The position numbers and the translations under genes are program-made. The notes beneath the pieces were generated by a model. The model made no database searches and was not told the origin of the DNA. It saw only the letters and a program-made list of their open reading frames with translations. From contig JBBSVN010000012.1 of NCBI GenBank assembly GCA_038046765.1, positions 36,044-100,043 on the forward strand: 64,000 nt of DNA. Reading direction: 5' to 3'. Source of the stretch: Candidatus Micrarchaeota archaeon (GTDB lineage Archaea; Micrarchaeota; Micrarchaeia; Anstonellales; Bilamarchaeaceae). This document shows positions 49,307 to 59,776 of this stretch, piece after piece (the stretch's first letter is position 1; each line of letters opens with the position of its first letter).

Positions 49307-49425
49307 AGTATCAATTAATATAACTATATTAATATAAAGTTATGTTTTTTGATACTATAAATTTTCTTCTTCTTTAGATGCTCAACTGTTTTTATTTGCC
49401 TATTTCATGAGTCTAGGGTATCTTC

Positions 49426-50973
49426 TTATTCGATCAATTCTACAATCGCTTTTTGCTGTCGTTCGCTTGCTGTAACGCGGAATCGTATATGCTTAAAAGT
49501 TGTATTATTTCCTATTCCAGCCCTTGCCTTTATTTTAGCTAGAGTTTCAAGATCAAATTCTCTTTGTACAATAAGCAATTTTCCAGTCTCTGCTAGAAGT
49601 CCTTTCCAATGCTCTGCTGCATCATCATCGTGCTTTTCTCCACCTACTTCAGATAATACTCTTGCATTGTTGATATAAGGATAAATAATCGATCGTCTGC
49701 CTTCTGAAACAAAATCTGAAGGATAAAAAACAATATAATTACTGTGTGTTTCATTAAATCTTATTAATTCTTCAACCTCGAATCGATGTATCAGTACAAC
49801 TATCCCTCCACACTCAAAAATTCCGCTCTTTCCTTTAACATATTCTGCACGAAATAACAGATCTTTAGGGTTCGAAAAATCGTAAAAATCTGTATTGATG
49901 TTTACATCTGCAATCTGCAGAATTGTAACTTGCGGTTCGCCGTTTTCTTCAATTATCGCAAATTCAATATACTGTGGTTTTCCAATCAAATTTTCCAGTT
50001 TTTTTAGTTTTTCAAATAACCAGACTAAATTTTTTTCCTGTATTGCATTGTCTGGTACATCTATCTCTGATACTCCCCCATATTTTAAATTAATCGCCTC
50101 TCCTTTTTTATCATCCCTAGTTTTCAGGATTATTCTTTTAAGTTTTCGTAATTCATCTTCCTCAATTTTTTTCATTGATTTACTAACTGTTTTTAGTCCT
50201 AAACCCGGGCATATTTTTACGTAACCTTTACCTTGCGAAGTTGAAGTGTATGCTAATCCACCATATGCTGGTGCAAAATAATTTTTTTCAAAATCCCCTG
50301 GTTTTGTTTCTGGTCTTTCTGAATAATCCTTCCAGAAATCATCTTCTCTTGCTTGACCATAAACTGGTTCAATAATTATTGCCATTCCTTCTGCTAAACC
50401 CTTATCTTTTCTAAAAGTAATCGCATCTAAAGAAAATTCGCTTTCTAAAACGTTCTTAATTGAATCAACTAGGCTCTTTATTTCCCATCTCTCAAACTCG
50501 TCGTTATATTTCTTTAATAAAGGTATGCAAAATTCGCTTTGATATGTTCCGGTTCCTCGTGAATCCCCGTAAGCAGATGATCTGACTGCAACAGGTGTTC
50601 CTTTGAATTTCTCATCTAAAGAATTTATTATCGCCAATTCTTGTTCGTTAAAAGTTCCGTTTCTAATCAGTTGCTGAATTTCATTCGGACTAGCGCCTTG
50701 AGCTACTGCTGCGTTTATTCCATTTCGTTCTTTAAATCCTTCAAAAAACCCCATTGCTAGAACAGTTCTTGGATTCGCTACAAAACCCGCTTGAATTATT
50801 GCCCAGGTTTTTCTCATTAGTTCTTCTGCCTTATCTCCGATTGAACCCGAACCAATAATTGTCCAATATTTTTCATTAAGCTTGGCTACTTGCGTTTGCC
50901 TGGCTACTAAAAGGTTTCTAAAATTTGAGCGATCTGTTGCTACTATTTGTTGTACTAATCTAGAATTAGACAT
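49426..50973 (-). CDS. Protein with a PEP-synthase/pyruvate-phosphate-dikinase N-terminal nucleotide-binding (PPDK_N-like) domain. No recognisable phospho-His domain.
   Basis: IIGSGSIGDKAEEL and VRSSAYGDSRGTGTYQSEF resemble the PPDK_N VRSSA..ED..SFAGQ motif. Confidence 0.35.
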   Translation of the reverse strand: MSNSRLVQQIVATDRSNFRNLLVARQTQVAKLNEKYWTIIGSGSIGDKAEELMRKTWAIIQAGFVANPRTVLAMGFFEGFKERNGINAAVAQGASPNEIQQLIRNGTFNEQELAIINSLDEKFKGTPVAVRSSAYGDSRGTGTYQSEFCIPLLKKYNDEFERWEIKSLVDSIKNVLESEFSLDAITFRKDKGLAEGMAIIIEPVYGQAREDDFWKDYSERPETKPGDFEKNYFAPAYGGLAYTSTSQGKGYVKICPGLGLKTVSKSMKKIEEDELRKLKRIILKTRDDKKGEAINLKYGGVSEIDVPDNAIQEKNLVWLFEKLKKLENLIGKPQYIEFAIIEENGEPQVTILQIADVNINTDFYDFSNPKDLLFRAEYVKGKSGIFECGGIVVLIHRFEVEELIRFNETHSNYIVFYPSDFVSEGRRSIIYPYINNARVLSEVGGEKHDDDAAEHWKGLLAETGKLLIVQREFDLETLAKIKARAGIGNNTTFKHIRFRVTASERQQKAIVELIE

Positions 50974-51073
50974 GTAATTAATTTTCTTAGGAATAATTTA
51001 TAAAGTTGTATGGAAGTGCATCTTATGTAAATTAATCTCCAAAACATAGTTTTAAATACACGTTTGTGCACAT

Positions 51074-51388
51074 TTGTTATACAATGGTGAAACTATGGAA
51101 TTTGTAAGTTTTAGAGCAGAAAAAGAACTAAAAATGCAACTAGAATTACTTGCTACTATGGAAAATAAAAATAAATCTGATGAATATAGAGAAATTTTTC
51201 TCTTAGGTATGCAGGAAAAAAAGAAAGAAGTGTCCGTTAGAAAATACCGGTTGGGGGAGCTTAGCTTAGGTAAAGCATCTGAACTATCTGGTTTAACAAA
51301 CTGGGAATTTCTACAGCTTTTAAGAGAGAAAAAAGTTCCTTTAAATCTTACAAAAGAAGAAGTTTTGGAAGGTGTTGAAAATTTATGA
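51074..51388 (+). CDS. UPF0175-family antitoxin-like protein.
   Basis: YRLGELSLGKASELSGLTNWEFLQLL is the UPF0175 signature. Overlaps the next gene by 4 nt. Confidence 0.6.
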   Translation: MLYNGETMEFVSFRAEKELKMQLELLATMENKNKSDEYREIFLLGMQEKKKEVSVRKYRLGELSLGKASELSGLTNWEFLQLLREKKVPLNLTKEEVLEGVENL

Positions 51389-51858
51389 AAGCAGTGATCG
51401 ATTCAGTGTCATTAATTTTTCTTCTTAAAATTCCGAAGCTTGAGGAATTGCTTAATACTTATGTGAACGAATTATTTGTTACCGATGAAGTCTGGCACGA
51501 AGTCTTTGAAAGCAAAATTTCTCATGAACTTAACCCAATATCCCAATTAAATTTAAAAGTTAAAAGAAAAAATCCACGGCAAAAAATCAAAACGAATCTT
51601 GGCGCCGGCGAATTATCTTCAATTTCCCTTGCCCTAGAAGAAAGAATATTTTTTTTATCTGATGATCGAAAAGCAATTTTATTTGCCAAAAGTCTAAATT
51701 TAAATACAGCTACGACCTTATCTGTCCTAATCAGATCTAAGAAAGATAAACTAATTGATGGGGGGGAAGCTAAAAAAATCCTTTTCGAACTTGTAGAAAA
51801 AGGTTTTTACATTAGTTCGGAACTCTTTGTCGAAGTTCTCAAAATTTTAGAAAGTTAA
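51385..51858 (+). CDS. DUF3368 (PIN-like) toxin partner of UPF0175.
   Basis: Size and position match the known UPF0175-DUF3368 pairs. VIDSVSLIFL N-terminus. Confidence 0.55.
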   Translation: MKAVIDSVSLIFLLKIPKLEELLNTYVNELFVTDEVWHEVFESKISHELNPISQLNLKVKRKNPRQKIKTNLGAGELSSISLALEERIFFLSDDRKAILFAKSLNLNTATTLSVLIRSKKDKLIDGGEAKKILFELVEKGFYISSELFVEVLKILES

Positions 51859-51862
51859 TCTT

Positions 51863-54800
51863 TTAAACAAAATCCGCAAGTCCAAGTTGTCTGCTTTTTT
51901 CATCTTCGAAAATACTTCGTATTTCCTTTTTAACTAGAAGTAGTCTTTGCTTTAAATAATCCGGTAATTCGTAATCTGCAATAATCTTTTCTGAAATTTC
52001 TAAGTATTTTTCAATTCCTCCCTTATTTATTGTTAAAATAAGATTTCCTCCACAGAAATTGCATTTGCCCGATAACGGGACGCGTCTTAAACTTTCATTA
52101 CAACTAGTGCATCTAAATGTTTGCCTTGAAAATGATCTTAAATTACCATATAAATCTGGTATAAAATGGCTAAGGATTAATCTTTCAGCAGCATTCTTCG
52201 CATCTACTGCCCTTATTTTTCCCTGTAATTTAAATTGCGTGGTTATCTTATCAGCCATATTATCAAATGTTACATAAGCCGTTCGTAAATTTCCTTTATC
52301 TATATATCCGCCCGTATGCGTAAGCTGAATTTCAAATTGCTCGGGGGTTCCAAGTAAGTCCTTTACTGTTTTTAATTTTACTTCTGTTGGAGGTGTATAC
52401 TTTAGTGTTGCCTCATAAAATTCTTTTGGATAAGAATTCACTACTTCAATACAGTGCGCTTCATCATCAACTTCTTTTGGGTCTAACTGAGGTGTTAAAA
52501 CTAATGGCGCGTCCATTGTCCCCCCTCTTCGCTCAGTTAAATAATGCCTTGAAAAATTAATCAGGGTGTCCATAAGAAGCATGACTGAGTCTTCATCACC
52601 ATCACATTGATAAGTAGTTATTCCAGAACAAATAAGACTGTGGTACTTTTCTACCGTTACATTGTAAACAAATTTATCTTGGTTTTTGATCGTTTTTCTC
52701 TCAATAACCTGATCAATAAAAGTGTCTCCTAAATATTCTGTCCTAGATCCTTTTCTTTTTGTTTCCCACTTCTCCAAAAGTTTTTGCGCTTTTTCTTGCT
52801 TTAAACCAGAAAATCCTATGTTATCAATAAATTTTTTAGCTTCACTAGAATAAATTCTTATCTTATATGAATGAATATATTTGGGTCTGCCATAAAACTT
52901 TATAATCAGAGAACTTTTTACGTATCTATCTTCTTCATAAATCGAATGCTTAATTCCAAAGAAATTTAGCAAAATGGAAACTCCATCTATCAGTTCCTTA
53001 TTTATAGAAGTTACATTCACCTCCAGGGTATTGCCTAAAGAACAAGAACCATCTCCCGTGAAGTAACCTTTTAGCAGTGCAATCACTTTTTTATTTGGCA
53101 AAGAATAGACAAAATCAGGTATTTTTTTAGTTTTTGCATTTCTACCTATTTTTAACTTTTCAAAGAGTTCGTAAATATATCTTGAACAAATTGTTATATG
53201 TGTTTTATTTACATGAGGTTTAATTCCAAAAACTTTCTCAATTTTTTCTTTTATTATATCTACTGCCCATTCTTTGGTAGCTGTCAAAGAAACCTGATAA
53301 CAATCTATCTGCTTATTTTTAGTAAACCCCTCCGCTAAATAAAATCCGATTAAATAGAAGAAATCCTCATCAAGCTTTATTGTTGGCTTTAACAGAACCT
53401 TATCCCTCTTACTACCTAATATATATTTTTTACTCGCCAGTATGTCTGCTCTAAATTCTTTTACCAATTCCAACGGATAAGATTTTCTATATATATAATT
53501 AGTGAAAGTTTTGTAATTTAATCCAAAACTTCTACTTATTTGAGATAATTCTCCCTCTTCATTGAATAATTTCTCATCTGTTCTTATCATTGCATCTGTA
53601 ATATTCAAACTAGAAATAAGTTCCATGTCTTCCCTATCTATAATTTCCCTTTGCAAATTCCAAGGAATTATTAGTTCTTCAACTTCATTCGCGCTTACTT
53701 TTTCTCCTTTTGAATTCGGAAATTTATGGTCTGGCGTTACCGTTATTCTTCTGCCAGATTTTGTTTTTAACTTTACTAAATTTTCTGGTGCAATATGTTT
53801 TGAAACATGCGTAATATTACATAATTCAAATTTTTTCATTTTCTTGTTCCAAGCATATGTCTTTACTCCTTCTACTAGTTTATATTGAGTCCCAAAATCA
53901 TCTATTTCTGTTTTTCCGACTAAATTACTTTCTACAAAATCCATTATTTTCGTAAGTTCTAGTGATCCGTTTCGCTCGACCAAAATTTTTTCTTTTCCAT
54001 CAAAACAATTTCTCCTTCGCGCTGATATCAAATAAGGATGAGCATAAGATAAATTTGCCTTTGTAAAACCTACAATTCTGCAAAGAACTGCCGCGCTAGT
54101 GTGTGGCGAAAGACAAGCAGTTAGTTGTCCTATTAAGTCCTGTTTTGTTAATGCATTATAAAACGGCGCAAGCCCGTAAACGTTTACTAATAAATCATCG
54201 ATAAATTTTGCAGCCTGTAAGAAATATTCTCCATTCGCTTCTGGTATTACAATGTCCTGTATTTTAAGTGAAACAAGTTGGTTTTCGTTAGTTAATTCAT
54301 TTCCATAATAATCTTTCAAATAGCCTAAACTTCTTAGTTTTGCAATACTAACCTGTGCTTCACTTGGTTTAAAATGAGTTAAAGGGACGTTACTGGCATC
54401 AAAGCGCATTGTTCCATCACGAAATACATAAACCCCATATTTCGCCCTTAAAAATCCTTTTTCTAAAAGTTCGGGCGTACGCTCTAAATTAGATAACCCC
54501 TTTATTCCCTTTACATCCTCAACGCTTATGTCTAGTTTTTTCTTTATTGAATCATAAAGTTCGATCATATCTATGGGTTTTTTTTCAAAGCATACTGTTT
54601 CCTTATCACAGTGTATTTTCATGTTAACTGGGTTGCCGCATACAACGCATTTTTTTTCAATAATTGTTTCGCCCTTACAAATTTCGCATGTAGATAAAAA
54701 TGTAAGTTTTTTACAACTCGTACATCTTCTGTTTACAAGTTCAAGGTTAACTGTTCGTTCATCCCTACCACGAAGAGTTTTGTATATTTTTGTTATGCTT

Positions 54801-56623
54801 CTGTTTTTTTGTGATCCTGTCGGGAATAGAACGTTTGGTGAGCCATCCATCTTTCTTTCTTTTCCCTTTTCAGGCCTTCCCATTCTTGCGCCAATATAAG
54901 ATGGTGATTTAATTCTCATCGTTATACCGCTGGTTTTAGATAAAATTTCCATAACGAGGCCGCTTGGGCTAATCGTAATTGCATCATCAAATGTTATCTG
55001 ATTTTCACTAGTTTTTATTATTCCAAGACTAGCGAGTATCGCATATCCATATTCTTTCTCAACTATTATTTTGTTATCCACTACACGGTGTTCTATAAGC
55101 AAGTCTTCTAATATTGGCTTTGCGTCAAGGTTTTCAAAAACTATTTGTGTTATATTTTCATTGTCTTTATCTACTCTTGCCTTTTTACATTCTAGATAAA
55201 ACATTTGTAATTGTTCTATGGTAATTTCATTCCACTCGTAAGTATAATCTGGGTGAAGGGGTAATTTATGTGCTAGACAAAATTCAAAAGCAGACTTGGC
55301 ATCAAATATGCTTGGCATATTAATCCCTATTGCTTCGCATTCTTTTAGGAACCATTCTACGCACCAGCTCGAGGGCATAAGTGGCATATTCGCCTTAAGA
55401 AAATCACCATAAGGAACTAACATGTCCCCAAGAGAAAGAATCTCTGCAACATCTTTGTTTATTGCATATGCCATTTCAACTGTTTTTACTTTTACCACAT
55501 CTCCATTTTTCATTTTTACTATTGGCGGTTCCATTTCTTCATACCCAGTTACTACACATCCTTTTCCTGGATATTCTATTTTCATGTGTGTCCCATATGC
55601 TAAAAAATTATCCAGGATAATCATTGTTGCTGGATGGACATTTTTTGCCATTAAGCTGTTTGTTTTGCTTTTTCCATAGCGCAACTTGAATCCGCCTTTT
55701 CTAGAAGGATAAGAAAATACTGGTCTGCCGGCAACTAAACCATCAAGATAAGTTTCATCCTTTTTAAGGTTCTTTTCTTCTTTATTGTCCTTTTTGAGTT
55801 TGATTAGTTTTTCTAAAAAATCCCATCCAAGTTTTAGTTTTTTTGTATACTTGAAAACTTTTGCTGCTTTTTGCGCAATTCCCTCGCATATAACTAACGG
55901 AGTTCCTCCTCGAATTCTGTTTGTTTCAACTCCTGGGACATTTCTAAATGCGCTAACTTCTATTTCTTCAGTAGGATCGCCATCTATGCAAACCGGGCAG
56001 TTTTTAAGTATGTGTCTTATATCTTCTTCGCTTGGTTTATACTGCAAGTGTGCAACTCGTGATTCGTACATATTTATTTCTTCAAGATATCTTTCAATCT
56101 GAGTATCTGTTGCCCTATAATCCGCAAGCTTTAATACTCGCCTTGCAATATCTGCTAAAACAACGCTTAATGCAACTGCTGTGCCTCCTGCGCTTCTAAT
56201 TGGTCCGGAGTAATAAACTGCGACAAAGTCGCTTCCGTCTGGATTACTTTTTATGCGAACTTTCGCAATTCCTTCGGTAGGCGCAACCAAAACCCCTTCA
56301 GTTAATATTCCTAGACCTGTTCGTACTGCCTGCTCGATTAATTCTTCAGGTGTTCCGCGGATTATTTCTCCAGCAGCTATTTTTCTAGCTATCTCAAAAG
56401 AAATATCCTCTCTTGCCATTCCGTTTTTTTCCATATTTCGGATTGTTTCGGCAACTCCCTTTGGTCCGACAATATTTTCTACTCTTGCTGCTACGTCCTT
56501 AGCAATTTTTACTTCAACTTCACGTTCAGGATCAAAACCTTTCTTACGGGCTTCGCTGGCGTAAGCGTAAGAACGTTGAAGTTCGTTTTTTAACATTTCA
56601 AAATAAGCTTCTATTTCGGACAT
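51863..56623 (-). CDS. DNA polymerase II (PolD) large subunit DP2, containing an intein.
   Basis: DP2 N-terminus MSEIEAYFEMLKNELQ, Zn-finger clusters (CTSCKK..CEICKG..CVVCGN), the conserved RRRN|CDGDEDS motif interrupted by the intein, and C-terminal CTSC...CNFCGG. Confidence 0.9.
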   Translation of the reverse strand: MSEIEAYFEMLKNELQRSYAYASEARKKGFDPEREVEVKIAKDVAARVENIVGPKGVAETIRNMEKNGMAREDISFEIARKIAAGEIIRGTPEELIEQAVRTGLGILTEGVLVAPTEGIAKVRIKSNPDGSDFVAVYYSGPIRSAGGTAVALSVVLADIARRVLKLADYRATDTQIERYLEEINMYESRVAHLQYKPSEEDIRHILKNCPVCIDGDPTEEIEVSAFRNVPGVETNRIRGGTPLVICEGIAQKAAKVFKYTKKLKLGWDFLEKLIKLKKDNKEEKNLKKDETYLDGLVAGRPVFSYPSRKGGFKLRYGKSKTNSLMAKNVHPATMIILDNFLAYGTHMKIEYPGKGCVVTGYEEMEPPIVKMKNGDVVKVKTVEMAYAINKDVAEILSLGDMLVPYGDFLKANMPLMPSSWCVEWFLKECEAIGINMPSIFDAKSAFEFCLAHKLPLHPDYTYEWNEITIEQLQMFYLECKKARVDKDNENITQIVFENLDAKPILEDLLIEHRVVDNKIIVEKEYGYAILASLGIIKTSENQITFDDAITISPSGLVMEILSKTSGITMRIKSPSYIGARMGRPEKGKERKMDGSPNVLFPTGSQKNRSITKIYKTLRGRDERTVNLELVNRRCTSCKKLTFLSTCEICKGETIIEKKCVVCGNPVNMKIHCDKETVCFEKKPIDMIELYDSIKKKLDISVEDVKGIKGLSNLERTPELLEKGFLRAKYGVYVFRDGTMRFDASNVPLTHFKPSEAQVSIAKLRSLGYLKDYYGNELTNENQLVSLKIQDIVIPEANGEYFLQAAKFIDDLLVNVYGLAPFYNALTKQDLIGQLTACLSPHTSAAVLCRIVGFTKANLSYAHPYLISARRRNCFDGKEKILVERNGSLELTKIMDFVESNLVGKTEIDDFGTQYKLVEGVKTYAWNKKMKKFELCNITHVSKHIAPENLVKLKTKSGRRITVTPDHKFPNSKGEKVSANEVEELIIPWNLQREIIDREDMELISSLNITDAMIRTDEKLFNEEGELSQISRSFGLNYKTFTNYIYRKSYPLELVKEFRADILASKKYILGSKRDKVLLKPTIKLDEDFFYLIGFYLAEGFTKNKQIDCYQVSLTATKEWAVDIIKEKIEKVFGIKPHVNKTHITICSRYIYELFEKLKIGRNAKTKKIPDFVYSLPNKKVIALLKGYFTGDGSCSLGNTLEVNVTSINKELIDGVSILLNFFGIKHSIYEEDRYVKSSLIIKFYGRPKYIHSYKIRIYSSEAKKFIDNIGFSGLKQEKAQKLLEKWETKRKGSRTEYLGDTFIDQVIERKTIKNQDKFVYNVTVEKYHSLICSGITTYQCDGDEDSVMLLMDTLINFSRHYLTERRGGTMDAPLVLTPQLDPKEVDDEAHCIEVVNSYPKEFYEATLKYTPPTEVKLKTVKDLLGTPEQFEIQLTHTGGYIDKGNLRTAYVTFDNMADKITTQFKLQGKIRAVDAKNAAERLILSHFIPDLYGNLRSFSRQTFRCTSCNESLRRVPLSGKCNFCGGNLILTINKGGIEKYLEISEKIIADYELPDYLKQRLLLVKKEIRSIFEDEKSRQLGLADFV
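52607..54007 (-). mobile_element. Intein with a LAGLIDADG homing endonuclease (467 aa, DP2 residues 873-1339). C-terminal residue is Gln; +1 extein residue is Cys.
   Basis: Starts CFDGKEKILV immediately after extein ...ISARRRN. LAGLIDADG blocks LIGFYLAEGF and LLKGYFTGDGSCS. Ends ...GITTYQ before CDGDEDS. Confidence 0.8.
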
Positions 56624-56729
56624 AAAATTCGTATTAACTATTATACTTAAAAATTAATAAAAAACAAACTGATTTAGCAAAAAGCTAAGGTCGTCAAGCT
56701 TTTTAAGTATTGCTTGTTCAAATAAAAAA

Positions 56730-58352
56730 ATGACCTCATTTCTCAAACAAATTGGATTTCCAATAGTTGCATTTATGGTCGTCATCGCCGCTTTATACAT
56801 TGGTGTTTCAACTTTTACTACTCCTTCTGTTAATGAAGCTTTGAAAAATAATTCTAATCTTACAGTAGTAAAACCCTTAGATCCACTACAAAAAAGCACT
56901 AACAATCAGGTAGATGAAAAAGTAGTTCAAAAACTAATTGGTGCAAATGCAATTACTGTTGATACTTCAAAGCAGTACCAAAAAATGCTTGGATTTGGTG
57001 GTTTTATTTCTAGGTTTGATGAACCACATATGCTTTATGGACAAGGACAAGGAAATCCAAAAGATATTGTTCCAGAACAAGAAAAAGAAAAAATACTAGA
57101 TGATGTTTATTCTGACCTATATCTAAACTCGATTACGCTTGGCATTGGACCAAGGGCAAGTCCCAGTTACAACTGGCTTAGTTCCTGGGAGTTACAAAAT
57201 GACAATAACGATCCACAAACTATAAATTGGAATGCTCTTAGATTCAATCGTAACTATTATGATAACTTATTCAAAACCATACAAAATGCAGAAAAAAAGA
57301 TAACTGGTCGGGGCGATAAGTTAACCTTAATTTTTAAGCATTCCTGGGGCGTTGAGAACTGGCTTTCAAATGAAGGTGGAAATACGGTAATAAAGCCAGC
57401 ATTAGAAGAGGAATATGCGGAAAATCTGGTAATATTTATTTTGTGGATAAAAAATACCTATGGTCTTGAAGCTGATTATATCGTACCAATGAACGAACCA
57501 GATGGAGCTGGCGGTATGGGTTATGAGCAATATGCAAGGATAATTAAATACCTTGGTCCGATGCTTGAAAAATATAATCTTTCAACTAAAATTTCCGGTC
57601 CTGAAACATATCTGCCAAGTACAGCACCTAGGTATCTTAAAGCAATTGCTGCTGATCCGCAGGCAGCAAAATACCTAAAACTGATAAGTTTCCATGGCTA
57701 TGATCGAGATTTATCTGTAAATATTCATGGGGACGCTAATGCAAGAAAGGAAATTGCGAACTATGCCAAAATACTTGGAGCTGATGTAATCCAAGGAGAA
57801 TTAAGCGCGTGCTGCAAAGAAAATCAAAAAACTTTTTGGAATAACAAATATACTCAGGCGATGGCATGGGCAAATGATTTTTACTTTGATATTACAAATG
57901 CAAACGCCGGCGCAGTTGATATGCAGTTATCATTTTGGCAGATTGATGACCCAAGTGCTTATGTTTTAATAAAATATGATCAAAACAAAAATTACCTTGG
58001 ATATGAAAAGGCTAAATTCTATTATGTTCTTGGACAATTTATAAATTACATAAAGCCAGGTATGGTAAGGATAGATGCAAAATCAGGCGATGAAAAAGTT
58101 TTGGTTAGTGCATACCAAGATAGGCAAACTAAGCAAGTTGTAATCGTTGCAATAAATAATGCAAAAGAAACAAAGAACTTTAAAATTGGTTTTGTGCAAA
58201 GTGCTAACTCCCCAAATCAAATTAGCGTAATTCGTTCATCAGAAACTGAAAATTGGATTGATCTTGGTTTAGTCTCTAAGAATAAAGATGGAATCTTTGA
58301 AGTTACGCTTGCGCCATCAAGTGTGACGACTTATAGTGGAATTGGGAAGTAG
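56730..58352 (+). CDS. Membrane-anchored clan GH-A glycoside hydrolase, GH30-like.
   Basis: N-terminal TM anchor, a GFGG motif (QKMLGFGGF), an MNEPD acid/base motif, and a C-terminal beta-sandwich-length tail. Confidence 0.5.
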   Translation: MTSFLKQIGFPIVAFMVVIAALYIGVSTFTTPSVNEALKNNSNLTVVKPLDPLQKSTNNQVDEKVVQKLIGANAITVDTSKQYQKMLGFGGFISRFDEPHMLYGQGQGNPKDIVPEQEKEKILDDVYSDLYLNSITLGIGPRASPSYNWLSSWELQNDNNDPQTINWNALRFNRNYYDNLFKTIQNAEKKITGRGDKLTLIFKHSWGVENWLSNEGGNTVIKPALEEEYAENLVIFILWIKNTYGLEADYIVPMNEPDGAGGMGYEQYARIIKYLGPMLEKYNLSTKISGPETYLPSTAPRYLKAIAADPQAAKYLKLISFHGYDRDLSVNIHGDANARKEIANYAKILGADVIQGELSACCKENQKTFWNNKYTQAMAWANDFYFDITNANAGAVDMQLSFWQIDDPSAYVLIKYDQNKNYLGYEKAKFYYVLGQFINYIKPGMVRIDAKSGDEKVLVSAYQDRQTKQVVIVAINNAKETKNFKIGFVQSANSPNQISVIRSSETENWIDLGLVSKNKDGIFEVTLAPSSVTTYSGIGK

Positions 58353-58421
58353 CTCAATGCAATTATTACTATTTTTACTCTTTCTATAACATTTATAAAC
58401 TGTTCCAAACAGATTAATTAT

Positions 58422-59501
58422 ATGGCGATTCACAGAAGCGATAAAGATAACGGATCCGTTCCATCAGCTTTAGCTAAGGGACAAATTGAAAAAGGAGGAA
58501 AATCAGCAATAGTTCGATTAAGAAATGAACTAAGTGCTAGCAGGGATTTACTTATTGAAGAAAGTGCTAATCTATCCGGAAGGATAAATGAATCTAGAAA
58601 AGCATTAAATGAATCCCAAGAAAGGCTTGATTTAATTAAATCCAAAAAGGACATGGAAGCAAAACTTGCAACACTAAAGGAAAAACAAAGACAACTAAGC
58701 GAAAGAATTAACGAAATTTATAGTGGAATTGCAGAAGCTTTTGGGATTATTAATATCTTTAAATGCGTCGCAGACGGAAGAGTTGATCTAATTATTCAAA
58801 GCGGAAAAGAAGACATTATAAAAGCAATTCAGATGATTAATTCTGCACTTGCAGGACATATGTATGCTGGTGGGGATTATGAAATTAAAAATTTAAATGG
58901 TGACATAAGATTCATACGGGGGGGTATTTTAACTAATTATTGCACCCTACTTCAAAATGCATTATCACAAGCATCGAATTCAGAGTCTAAGCAAGCTGCT
59001 CTTCAAAGAAAATTACGGGAACATTCTACTTATCTAAGCCTTTTCGCAGAATTTGAATCAGTTAAAAGAGAAGGTCTTGAAATAGAATCCAAACTTGCAG
59101 CCTTTACTACTTATGCTTTAGAATGGCAAAGAATAACGGGAGTAGATAAAACAGAAAAAACATTTTCTTTAATTGAAAGAATCACTAAAGCAGGAGGTAT
59201 TGTCGCTGCATTTGCTGCAATTCCAGCTGCTTTTCTTGGGAGTATCGAACTTGGTGCAACTATTGCAGCTGCTGCCGGGCTAGTACCTTTAGCTACAAAA
59301 CTATCTATTAAATCTCTTCGTCCAAATCCAAATCTCTTACTTGAAGAAACAGAACTTGCGCTTAGAAGTATTTCTGAAAAGCAGGTTAAAGAACTAAGAG
59401 AAGCAATCAAAGATTTAAGTGAACAAAAACGAGCACAAGTTGAAGCACTAATTTCTGAAGAAAGGTCATTACGAGAATTAAGCGATGGAAAAGCGGAATA
59501 A
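58422..59501 (+). CDS. Coiled-coil protein with a C-terminal hydrophobic (Ala/Gly-rich) segment. Hypothetical.
   Basis: Long heptad-like charged stretches and an AAFAAIPAAFLGSIELGATIAAAAGLVPLA helix. Confidence 0.4.
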   Translation: MAIHRSDKDNGSVPSALAKGQIEKGGKSAIVRLRNELSASRDLLIEESANLSGRINESRKALNESQERLDLIKSKKDMEAKLATLKEKQRQLSERINEIYSGIAEAFGIINIFKCVADGRVDLIIQSGKEDIIKAIQMINSALAGHMYAGGDYEIKNLNGDIRFIRGGILTNYCTLLQNALSQASNSESKQAALQRKLREHSTYLSLFAEFESVKREGLEIESKLAAFTTYALEWQRITGVDKTEKTFSLIERITKAGGIVAAFAAIPAAFLGSIELGATIAAAAGLVPLATKLSIKSLRPNPNLLLEETELALRSISEKQVKELREAIKDLSEQKRAQVEALISEERSLRELSDGKAE

Positions 59502-59539
59502 ACGAAAACCTTAAATAACACGTAATACACATATATTAT

Positions 59540-59767
59540 GTGATAAATATGGTAAACCTAACATTAACCGTACCCTCTGACTTAAAAAATCAGATGAACG
59601 AGTTTCCGGAAATAAACTGGAGCGAAGTAGCAAGACAATCAATTAGTTTAAAAATACAAGAGCTTTTACTCGTCCGTTCAATACTAGCTAAAAGCCAGTT
59701 GACAGAAGATGATGCAATAAAAATAGGAGAAAAAATAAAGACTGCAATTGCAGAGAAACACAAGTAG
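59540..59767 (+). CDS. Small antitoxin-like protein upstream of a PIN gene.
   Basis: 75 aa ORF 10 bp upstream of the PIN gene. Confidence 0.35.
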   Translation: MINMVNLTLTVPSDLKNQMNEFPEINWSEVARQSISLKIQELLLVRSILAKSQLTEDDAIKIGEKIKTAIAEKHK

Positions 59768-59776
59768 GCGAACATT

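Noticed and set aside
49426-50973. Full PEP synthase / pyruvate phosphate dikinase.
   Set aside because: Too short, and it lacks the phospho-His and PEP-utilising TIM-barrel domains. Only N-terminal domain-like motifs are present.
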